Origin: Octopus sinensis
Taxonomy: Eukaryota
DNA length: 64,000 nucleotides
Direction of reading: 5' to 3'
Assembly: GCF_006345805.1 (NCBI RefSeq)
Contig: NC_043002.1
Location: forward strand, 21,762,001 to 21,826,000
A program made the position numbers and the translations under genes. Of this stretch, positions 52,627-64,000 are shown in pieces. The notes under the pieces were generated by a model. It did no database searches, had not been told where the DNA came from, and saw nothing but the letters and a program-made list of their open reading frames with translations. Numbering within the stretch: the first letter of the stretch is position 1; each line of letters begins with the position of its first letter.

Positions 52627-54737
52627 GAGCATTGGAATAGCAGTTCTGTAGAGCAACATATCAGATACTTTGTCCATAACTGATTATGATCTTTTACATT
52701 CTAAATTCAAATGCAATTAGCAAAAAGAGGGCTGGGTGGGGTGAAGCTCATTCTCGTTTTGTTAAGGATTTTGACCATCATTTATCAAGCACATATAGTT
52801 TAGTAAGTGCTCTGTATTCTCATAAAACTTCTTCAATAATCTTTTGATTAGTTGTTTTTCTTTCATTTTTCCCTACATTATTTGCCTCAGAGTCTTACAA
52901 TATCATTGTTGTCATTTTTCATTGGTTGTTTCAAAATGAGGTGGATTGTGTGAGTTTGTGCTAATACAGCTGCCTCTTCATTCCAGATCTTTCATGTGAT
53001 CCACTATCCAAAGATTGGTCCTCATCAATTCTTCTCACATTTTTTATTTACCTCTCCTAATATCACACTGCTAACATCATCTCCTCTCCCTTCATGTGTG
53101 TGTGTGCACAAAGTTGACATTGGGGAATGGTGCAGTTATCTGATCTGCTGATGTATATCTATATGTTTGTAAAGTGTATATTAAGGTGCCTGGTATATAA
53201 CCAATATTTTCAAACTTGATGTGTTCCTTCATAATGCAAACAAGAAGTCTGTGTGTGAAAAGAATTCATGTTATTTTGACAATTTGTTTTTTTTATTTTG
53301 AGCACCCTAGTTCTAATGACCTCTAAATATACAAGCAAACCAAATTTTTCTGTGTGTATTATTAATTTGGAAAAGAAAAACAGAATAGACTAAATATGAG
53401 CTTAAATTCAATTATTGTGACAACCGAACAAGGAATAAATTTATTTCTCCTTACTAAAAAGTATGACAAATGGACCAGTCAAAATCATGCAGAGAGAAAA
53501 CAAATTTCATTCATCATTTAGCATCATTCATTATTCGTTTCATAAAAATTGAGGTGGTGAGCTGGCAGAATCATTAGCGTGCCAGGTAAAATGTTTAGTA
53601 TTTCAGCTGTCGTTACATTCTGAGTTCAGATTCCGCTGAAGTCATCTTAGCCTTTCATCCTTTCAAGGTTGATAACACTGGGGTTGATGTAATCGATTTA
53701 TCCCCCCCAAAAAAAAATTTCAGGCCTTGTTCCTTCAGTACAAAGGATTATTTGTTTCACAAAGCGATGATGATGGTTACCTTGAATATTCTCTCCTGAA
53801 GGCAATTCCCAGAGGAATGCAATGAACCAAATCAACATTTTGCCTGCAGCCTAAGACCAAAGAAATAAAGCATAGAATGGAGAAAACTTATTCTGTAAAA
53901 ATATGGTTCCATAAATTTGTGAAAAAAAACCATCACAAAAGCTGGTGGCAGGCAAAAACAAATGCTTCTACTTGTATTCTCTCTCTTTCTCACTCATCCA
54001 CCTTACATATAAACATGTATATATTTGCTAAGGAAGATACTGTCACTGAAGGACTTGGATTTTCATGCCAATACACTTAACAGGTTTGATAATTACATTG
54101 ACACAAAATTTTAACCTCTGGAGCCCCCCCTCCCCTGTATCTTTGTGTTTATTAAAAATAAACATATTCTATGTACTGCATTCTATTTTCTTATGAACCC
54201 AAAATTGTATAATTAAATTTAGTTAGCTGTATTGTGCATCCTTTTACCATCCATTTCTTTCATATCTTGACAATTCATCGGCCTACAAAATTTCTGTTAA
54301 TCATATTTTATCACTATTTCCCTTCAGTTAGAGAATAGTATTTTTCCAGCTTTTGTTGGTTCTAAAAATAGCTCATATTACCCACCCATTAGCTGAAGTT
54401 AATGGTTTCTTCAATTCTTCTTCATACATTCATATTTAAATTCAATTTATTCTTATCCGGTTATTGACCTTTTTCCCATATAAAGAGGAATATAGCTACA
54501 AGACAGCATTTTATATAGGTCTGTACATTTTTATTTCCCTGACATAGGTGTAAATAGTAAAAATTTATTATATAAAATTATTCCTAAAAACAAGGAGTTT
54601 TACTTTCTTACAGTCTTACTTTCATGTAAGGACATCCAAAATTTAAGTAATGGGATACTTTAAAATAATCCCAAATAAACACAGAATAGATGTGGCTGTG
54701 GCTGTGAAGTGAAGAAGTTTTCTTTCCAACTACATTG

Positions 54738-54933
54738 GCCCCCGTGCTGGTGGCACATAAAAAGCACCCACTACACTCTCGGAGTGGTTGGTGTTAGGAA
54801 AGGCATCCAGCTGTAGAAACTCTGCCAGATCAAGATTGGAGCCTGGTGCAGCCATCTGGTTCACCAGCCCTCAGTCAAAATCGTCCAACCCATGCTAGCA
54901 TGGAAAGCGGACGTTAAACGATAATGATGATGA
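54738..54933 (+). mobile_element. Family C RTE 3'-tail copy
   Basis: Same tail sequence ending in gttaaacgataatgatgatga. Confidence 0.85.
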
Positions 54934-56203
54934 TTTTTTATGCTTGAGCTTAAAGTAGAAATACTACAAATAATAGCATGTAAATATTGGGTTAAAAATA
55001 CCCTTTTGGATAAAAAAAGTCAAAGGTTGCCATGGAACTCAAATCCACATCTTCTGTAAACATGACAGGTATATTCTACCATTGGATCAAAACAGTCCTT
55101 CCAGTTCCACTTTCCTGCTTAAAAATTTTATTCTTACCAATGAGGGCTTTATATTGTTCATGTAATAGAGATTTAGAAACTTTGAAAGAACATGAAATAA
55201 ATTGTTTTTAATAGTTGAATTTGCGGTTGAAAAGTTTCAGAATTCTTATGATGTCAATTCTGTGTGTGTGTATGTTGTTGTCTCCTTACCTTGACATTAA
55301 ATGATGGTTGTGAGCAAGTGCCACCATCATGCAAGTGGTGTGCTTTGTTTCCAGTATTCCATTAAAACATGTCTGGTCATGAAGAAATATTATCTTACTT
55401 AGAACTAAGTGAAGGTTAACCACAGGAAAGGCATCTTGGCCATAGAAAACCTGCTTCAATAAATTCTGTCTGACCCATGCAAGCATGGAAAAATGGACGT
55501 TAAAACAATGATATTTACAGTGATGATGATGACAGCCACAATGATTATGATGACAATGATGATGCTCCAAATTTTATTTTTACACTTTGACATTAAAGAA
55601 CATGATTCGTCTATTACACAGTCATTATTAATTAAGGTGCTCAATTTCACAAAATCAATCAATCACCAGCATAAGTAAGACAAAAATAGATATCAGATCA
55701 GATATTTATTCATTTATGTATTTATTTACTTCATTCCTCATAATCCATTCATTAACGATGCAACTAACCTACATTCTCTCTCTGTCCCATTTTTGACATC
55801 TACTAAGCCTCACCACTTCTAGTTTTTCACCTAAACACTAAATAATTTATGGCATTCATTTAATCATGTTCATTTCCCATTAAATATCTCTTAAAAATAT
55901 CTCTACGGGGATTAGTTATTCCACTTCTATTTCTTAAACACTAAATCAACTATCCACAGTTCAGAAGAAATTATTTAAAGAATTTCTTGAATGAATTTCA
56001 ATCTTTTACTTTTTATTACTCTACATAGCGAATTCTTTTATGGTTGTATGGCTAAGAAGTTGACACAGAAGTTTACTTTACAACCAAGTGGTTTTGTATT
56101 CAATCCCACTGCATGGCACCTTGGACTAGTTTCTTCTAGGTATCCCTAGACTGACCAAAGCCTTGTGAATGGATTTGGTAGATGCAAACTTAAAGAAGCC
56201 TGT

Positions 56204-56247
<44 letters not shown>

Positions 56248-56250
<3 letters not shown>

Positions 56251-56396
56251 TCATCATCATCATCATCATCGTTTAACATCCGCTTTCCATGTTAGCATGG
56301 GTTGGATGATTTGACTGAGGACTGGTGAACCAGATGGCTGCACCATGCTCAAATCTGATCTGGCAGAGTTTCTACAGCTGGATGCCCTTCCTAACG
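56248..56396 (-). mobile_element. Family C RTE 3'-tail copy (inverted relative to 54738)
   Basis: (cat)n cgtttaacatccgctttccatgttagcatgggttgg...cccttcctaacgc. Confidence 0.85.
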
Positions 56397-56760
56397 CATA
56401 TATATTTCAGATATAAGGATTCATTAAGAATCAAGGCACATCAACATATAAGATGCCAGAAATTGGCTTTGTATAATCACATAGAGCTGACAATCAAATA
56501 ATACAACATTGTAGGCATCAAATGCTGACAGGATACTGTAGTTATGTAACTTCCAAATCCAATTAGTTACCAATTATCTAACCTATTGGTGGATTCTTGG
56601 TGTGGCATAAGTATCAAATAGCGACATGTAAATGGCATTTAGAATTGTAACGACTGTTTTGGTAGAACTTTATTCGATGTATGATAGTGGAGTTGCATAG
56701 TATGATGTAATCTTTTATGACTACTTTGAATAAAGTTCTACGAACACAGCTATCATTGAT

Positions 56761-57000
56761 GTGCGTGGCTTAGTGGTTAGGGTGTCAGCATCATGATCAT
56801 AAGATTGTGGTTTCGATTCCTGGACTGGGCAACACGTGTTCTTGAGCAAAACACTTCATATCATGTTGCTCCAGGCCACTCAGTTGGTAAAAATGAGTAA
56901 CGCTGTGATGGACTGGTGTCCCGTTCAGCTGGGGAACACATATGCCATTGAAACTGAGAAACCGAGCCCATGAGCCTGGCCAGGCTATAAAAGGGCGCGT
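56761..57000 (+). mobile_element. tRNA-derived SINE family E
   Basis: A box tggcttagtgg and B box ggtttcgattcc, then cttgagcaaaacacttcat. Related minus-strand copies lie at ~50655-50925, ~35880-36150 and ~42690-42890. Confidence 0.75.
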
Positions 57001-58078
57001 TTTTTATATTATTTAACACAGCTCTCACAAATTTGAATACCGATTGTGTGTTAGTGTCCCTGTGTGTGTGAAAAATATTACCTTGCTGAGAATAGGTGAG
57101 GGTAGGCCACAGGAAGAGCATCTGGTCAAAAAAGTCTGCTTCAGTAAACTCCAGCCAATCCATGCAAGCATGGAAAAGTGGGCATTAACTCAATGATGAT
57201 GATATATATGTATATGTGTGTGTGTGTATTTGTGCATGAATATTTGTATCACCTCGTCTTGATTCCACATGGTAGTTGTAAACAAATGTCACCATCATAC
57301 AAGTGGTTTTCATTAATTTATAATCTTCCATGGAAACATGTCCAGTTATAAAAATATATCACCTCCTTTGGAAACGAGTGTTAGTGACTGAGAGAGCACC
57401 CAGTTGTAGAAAATGTGCCTCAAACTATATAGTCTTCCACAAGCATGGGAAAGTGGACATTAGATCGATGCTGAACTGGAGGATTGTTTTACTTGTTTCA
57501 GTCAATGGACCATGGCCATGTTGCAGCACCACTTAGGTTTCTTTCTTTTTTTTTAAACCAAAAAAATTGACTCCACTACTTATTTTTAAGTACTTATATT
57601 GTCAGGTTCTTTTGCCAAACTGATAACTTACAGGGATGTAAACAAACCAGCACAGATTGTCTAGCAATGGGAGAAGAAACATAAACACACACACACACAC
57701 AATAATTTTAGCTATCCTCAGCCAAAATCACTCACAATGCATTGTTTGACCTGAGTCTGTAGAAGATATTTGCCCAGTGTTATGCAGTGGAGCTGAACCC
57801 AAAGCCATATCATTATGAAGTAAACTTATTGACAATACAACCATGCCTGTATCTTATGCTAACTAAATTGATTAAACCAAACTACCATAGGTCTTTTTTT
57901 TTTATGAACATCTTGCTTTTGTTCGTATACATACCCCGATCTTTGAATACATTCTTTCCTTCTACGGTATGACCTCATTGATCCACTTATTAATTTCTTC
58001 AAATCTTTTCCATATCATCTACTTCCTGTTCCTTATTTTGCTTTCCTTATAATTTAACTATTTCCACCTAAACTAATG

Positions 58079-58110
<32 letters not shown>

Positions 58111-58199
58111 CCTTTCTATTATAGGCACAAGACCTGAAATTTTGACTAGTCTCCTACACCAAAATTTCAGGCCTTGTGCCTATAGTAGAAATAATTATA

Positions 58200-58236
<37 letters not shown>

Positions 58237-59453
58237 TAAATTTTAAGGCTAGATACTTTGAGGGGAGGGCAAAGTCAATTACATCAACCGCAAAGCTTAA
58301 CTGGTACTTATTTTATGGATCCTAAAAGAATAAAAGGCGAAGTAGACCTCAATGGGATTTGAACTCAGAATGTAAAGAGTCTGAAGAAATGCTACTGAGC
58401 ATTTTCACCGGCACACCAATGATTCTGCCTTGATATTAATAATAATAATAATGATGATGATGATGATGATGATAGTTAAGATATTAGCACTTTGTTTACA
58501 TGGCTGTCAATAGTATTTAACTGGCACTCAGAACAATGAAAAGCCAAGTCAACTTTGATGGGATTGAACTTGGAACAAAAGGTTCATCATAAGATACTGC
58601 AAATAATTTTGCTTGATGTTTTCCTTATTCCGTGCCCACCACCACCACCACCACTGTCCATTCTTCTGTTGCAAATAACAATAGTTATGTTGACAATATC
58701 TTTCACTGCACTTATCTATCTATCACCATGTCTTACTCTTCTTCTCTTAATACTCTCTCTCTCTCCTTTCTCTTCTTTCCACCTGTATTTTGTTTCATTC
58801 AGTTGTGTACATCAGCCACTGCTTTTTTGCTTTATACATGTATATATATATATGTATGGATGGTAACAGGTGAGGGCTGGTCACAGGAAGGACATCTGGT
58901 TATAGAAAAATCTCTCCTAATAAACTCCATCCAACCTATGCAAGCATTGGAAAAATGGACATTAAATTGATAATGTTGATACACACACGCATATACACTT
59001 TATTGTTTGTTTTTATGTTCAGTTATGATAAAAACTAATTTTACATTAATCCGATGAGTTACTCTATACTTTTGTAGAGTACAAATTTATTGTTCTTAAA
59101 CAAGAATCTTGTTGACAGTGGCTTTGAAGTTTCGGCCAGCTAAGTTACTATCAATAATACTCTTGAATAAGAATAATAAATTCACACACACACACATATG
59201 TATGTATATTTGTTATCATAAGAATGTAGAAATTTTCAAGTTCAACTGTCAAAAATGAATAGAGGAGCCCTGTTTACCATCTGAAATACACGGAAAAACT
59301 GCTAAATTCACTTTTAATTTATTTCTTGAGCTGTCAAAATTTCTGTTTGCACAAGTACTGCCTGGCCACTGACTCAGTTCCATTGTAATTCTTCCCTTCC
59401 ATCTCTAACTTTCTCTTTTTGTAGTTATGTTATGTATATACATGTTTATATTT

Positions 59454-59531
59454 GTAAATGTAGATTACACACAACACACACACATCCATGCAAGCATGGA
59501 TGTGTGTGTGTTGTGTGTAATCTACATTTAC
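59454..59531. repeat. Perfect palindrome: 38-bp arms with a 2-nt spacer
   Basis: gtaaatgtagattacacacaacacacacacatccatgc-aa-gcatggatgtgtgtgtgttgtgtgtaatctacatttac. Confidence 0.95.
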
Positions 59532-59570
59532 TCACACATATATACACATTTATGTATGTAAATAAATGCC

Positions 59571-59672
<102 letters not shown>

Positions 59673-60725
59673 CTGTCTGTCTACTTGTCTATCGATCTAA
59701 TCTTTATACAGTACTTGAAAGCAATTGTTACTTAAGTTTCATGCTGAGCCTAGAGTTTAAGCTCTCAGAGAGAAGAACACTTTTCATCTTCAGACAAAAT
59801 CAAAATAGTTATTCACATAAGAATATATGTTACCCAATGATTTTGGTGGAAGGCCCATACCTTTTTTTTTTTTTTGTTACTCAGATTATGCCCTTTTGAC
59901 CAAATGTATATTTTTGTAACAAAGTATTATCAGAAATATGCGAAAGGTTGTCTAATGTGAAGAGCTATCTGGCTTTAAAATCACTCCTGTTGAAGAACCA
60001 ATTTTATGTGTATCGGTTTTGTAGGAAATATAAATTTATATGATGGAGAATTTGTGATGGCCTGTCTGAAAAATTGTTGAAGTGTCAAATATGCTTTATA
60101 TGTAATACCATGCTTATAAAATATACATGTGTAATGTAAGTGTCTGTATAAGTGGAATGTATAAAAGATATTGAGTAAAAATCGAACTAAATGCTAGCCT
60201 GGTTTGGATGGAATTTTCTACTGGCTGAGCAGGCACTTGTCAAAAGGTAGACACCTCTCACAGAAATTTGCACTAACATTTAAGTATTTGAGAGTTGTTT
60301 TTTTTTTTAAATTTGCCTGTGTGTTTTGACTGCTGTTAAAAATTGCTGTTTCTTGGCTCTGTTGATATATGGCCTTCATCTTATAGTGGCAGTAACTTCA
60401 TACATGCATGTTAAGTTTAATGGACACATTTCAAATAAAAAATTTTTTAGCCATAACAGATCCTTCCAGCATGTTAAACAATCAGACTGTTGCTATGCTG
60501 GTGCACCATACTTGGAAACTGAAGACACTCGCCGACATGGATTACAGCTACAACTAGAAAATTCTTGTCCTCTCTGAGAGTTTAAACTGTGGAATTGCAA
60601 TGAAGCTTATGTAACACTTGTATTTCTTAAGTACCATAAAACTATGTCATTTAACTCTTTTATTAATATTTAGTTCTGTTTACTGACGAATGTTCAACCA
60701 GTCACAGTATATATGTATGCAAATG

Positions 60726-60757
<32 letters not shown>

Positions 60758-62949
60758 CATTGTTGTCATTCATCATCATTGTTTACATCTACTTTTCCAT
60801 GCTTGCATGGGTTTGCACAGGGTTTATTTGAGGTAGATTGTCTGTGGCTGGATGCCCTTTCTGTTGCCAACCCTAACTTGTTTCCAAACAAAGTAATATT
60901 TCTCCCATGGCCAGACACGTTCTTGAAGAATATTGGAAATGAACAACACTGCTTGTATGACGGTGGCACTCATTTACATCCATCACGTGAATTCAAGACA
61001 ACAGAACACAAACACACACAAACACTTTCACACAAACACACACACACACAACACACAAACACAAACACACACACACTTGACAGGCTTCTTTTAGTTTCCA
61101 TCTACAAAAACCTCTTACAAGGTTTTAGTCAGCCTGGGGCTATAGTAGAAGACACTTGCCCAATGTGCCTTGCAGTGGAGTTGAACCCAGAGCCACGTGG
61201 TTGGGATGCAAACTTCTTAGCACAGTTCTGCACCTAATACATCAACACACATTGCCTTCTACATTAGAAAACTTCTTCTCACTCTTCCCATCACCACCAC
61301 AGCTACCACCCCCACCACCATCATCACTATTGACCAAATTCATCTCATTTTGCTGATATCAATTTGTATTTTTCTCTATATTTATTTCACTGGAAAGTGA
61401 TTCATCTCTGTTATTTGTTTTATGTTAATGTTGTTCACCTCTTTTAGCCATGTTACATTCAGGAGGCAATGGAGGGGAGGGGCTGTCTTGTGTGTGTTTG
61501 AATTGCTCTTCTTTTACAGAACATTCTTATCTCCTTTCCATGGGCCTCTTGCAGCATTGTCATGTTTTGATTCTTTAAATATACATTAAATTTCATTTTT
61601 CTTTTTTTGCTTGTTTCTTCACTCTATCTTTCTTACTTTCCTTCTCTCACATTCACTTACTCTCTTTTCCTTCAATCTATTTCTCTCTCACTCTCATAAT
61701 CTATCCTTTCTCTCCTCTTTCTCTCTCTCTCTTTCTCTTTTCTTTCTTTCTTTCTTTCTTTGCACCTGTTTTCTCTCAAAACCAGAAGTGACCTCTGAGA
61801 AATGCCAACAACTTTCACTTTTACTCACTGAGAACTCTTCATAATGATTATAAGATTAATTAAACACACTTCAAATGATTATTTTTTTTTTTTTTATTAA
61901 GACAGGTTCTACAATCTCTCTTTTGTTGTTTGGTTTTCAGCAAATTGCTTATTTGTTTATTTATATATTCATTTATTTTATTGTAGGGAAATATTTACTG
62001 AAATTACGTTGATAAAGCATTAATTAAAGTAATGAATTTATGTGTGTTTTTTCAACTTTTTTACCAGAGGTCACTTTTAGTTGATGGTCATCAAATGTTC
62101 CCTTCTCTTTATCAAAAACTTAAGTACTGAGTTTAAAAACCGGATTCTTCTTCAAATGTTTTCAGAATATTTCCATTCAATTGGATAAGTTTACTAGAAT
62201 TATAAAACCCAAAAAATTTGTAATAAAACCAGTTTTACAAAATTGAATAACTTTGCATAAATTCGAAAACTGTTATTTAAAAGAATGAAGGAATTAAAAC
62301 CAGTTCTAGAAAACTAGATAGTTGTGCTAGAGTTAGCAAGCAGTTATACAAAAGGCACAAAAGTGGATAGCTCAACAATTATGTATGCTAGATAACCATG
62401 TAAAACTTTGTGAAGAATTTTGCATGATAACTGTTTCTAAGTTATGTTATAGAGGTAGTTAGCTTCTGCTACTCAGGTCACATTGTAAAATAATATATAT
62501 ATATATATAATATATAAATATATACTGCAGATGACATTTAGGTAGTCTGGGAATAGATTCAAATTTAACAACATAAATAAATAAGAAGAAAGAAAGAAAT
62601 TTTCCAATACAGCCCATTAATTCTGCAAGTAGAGATAGTGACCTGGACTAAATTTATTCATAAACGAGTATTGTAATTTGCTTGAAGTATGGTCATATGT
62701 GCAAATAAAACAAATGAATATGAAAATCTTCGAACAATGCAGGTGGGTTAAGCGTAATAGATAAGGTGAAGTCAATGAATGAAAACAAAGCAAAGAAGGA
62801 TATTGTATTACCCTACATAGATTGTTTAATGATCCTGTAATGTTTTGAGAAAAAGTTCTCCTTTTCAGATAGGAAAAAGAAAATAAAGAGAATATTGGAA
62901 TTCAGTTCACCAGCAAATGATTGCATTTACTAGACAAAACCAGTATCCT

Positions 62950-63360
62950 CTTTAGCAATTTCGTAAACTAGAAAGTGCTATGTAGATATTAGAGAATAAA
63001 TAGTAACGCTAGAATCATCTAGTTTTATAAAAGCATTAGAAAGCAGTTATATAAAATTGCATAGCACTACAAGTGTTGTAAACTGGCTATATAAATCACT
63101 ATATCTGAGTTAGAAAACAGTTATCTGAAAACAGTTATATAGAGTCAGAAAACAATTATACAAACTGGATAATTCTACAAGTGTTGTAATGTTATAATAG
63201 TTAGTTATTCAAGAGTAGATAACTCTACAAGCATTTTAAATTGTTTAGAAAACAATTATATAAAACTGGATGACTCTAAAATAGTTAAATAAATTAACTC
63301 CATGCAAGTTACATTATAAAAAGGAATCACTTTAACAGTTATAAAATAGTTGTAACAATA
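62950..63360. repeat. Degenerate AT-rich satellite-like tract
   Basis: Recurrent gaaaac(a/g)(g/a)ttatat, aaactggat and ctacaagtgttgtaa motifs. Weaker echoes from ~62180. Confidence 0.6.
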
Positions 63361-63377
63361 TAACACTACAAAAAATC

Positions 63378-63415
<38 letters not shown>

Positions 63416-64000
63416 TCACACACACACCATATTTGATGGCATGAGATACAATTGTTTCCCACCAAAACGCCTTAAAGAATCTCCCGAAGTCTTATATGCA
63501 AAATTGAGCCTATATTACATGCTTCAGTGCACTAAAACATTTTTCCTCTGCTGAAATTGGAGTACATCTAATGAGCCTGTGTATCTTTTGTGTCATCAAA
63601 TACAGCACACACACACACACATATATGTGTGTATATATATATATATTATATATATATATATCATACACGCACACAGTAGAACTCCAGTTTATGAATGCCT
63701 CTCATCACAAACAAATCAGTTTATAAACAATTTTTCGAACACAAAATGTCCCATGTGATGGACTGTGTCTTGAGTAACAAACACATAAGCTGGCAACAAT
63801 GGTTGGTGAGAAGCTGGGAGTGTCAGCACAAAAGCATCAGTTGTTGCCTAGCTTTCAGTCATTGCTCATCCCTGCTCAAATTCACTGTCCCTTCTCTTGA
63901 ATTTTCTAAAGGAGAAATAGTTTCCATTTACAAGCACCTTGGATGATGACTGGCCCTGAAGAATCGATTAAATTTGTAAACCAAGGTTCTCCTCTGTATA

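Overview
AT-rich eukaryotic genomic DNA dense in microsatellites. The SINE families and simple-repeat load look like an octopod cephalopod (Octopus); this is pattern recognition, not a database result. Almost every ORF in the six-frame track is a translation of simple repeats. One well-supported host coding exon is visible (38496-38694, +), so the window is probably mostly intron of a large gene. The rest is a layered transposon landscape: several SINE families (some with exact TSDs), a full-length inactivated DD37D (maT) Tc1/mariner element, a second mariner remnant, a non-autonomous Helitron nested in a mariner-type MITE, TTAA-flanked piggyBac-type MITEs, and non-LTR retrotransposon fragments of CRE, RTE, CR1-like and R4/Dong type (the last within TAA arrays). 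The most interesting signals are RNA-structural: a Penelope-type hammerhead-ribozyme motif, a 67-bp double-hairpin tandem array in an RTE 3' UTR, a perfect 38-bp-arm palindrome, a ~220-bp long inverted repeat and inverted SINE pairs. I found no convincing novel protein-coding system. All alignments and motif counts were done by eye.
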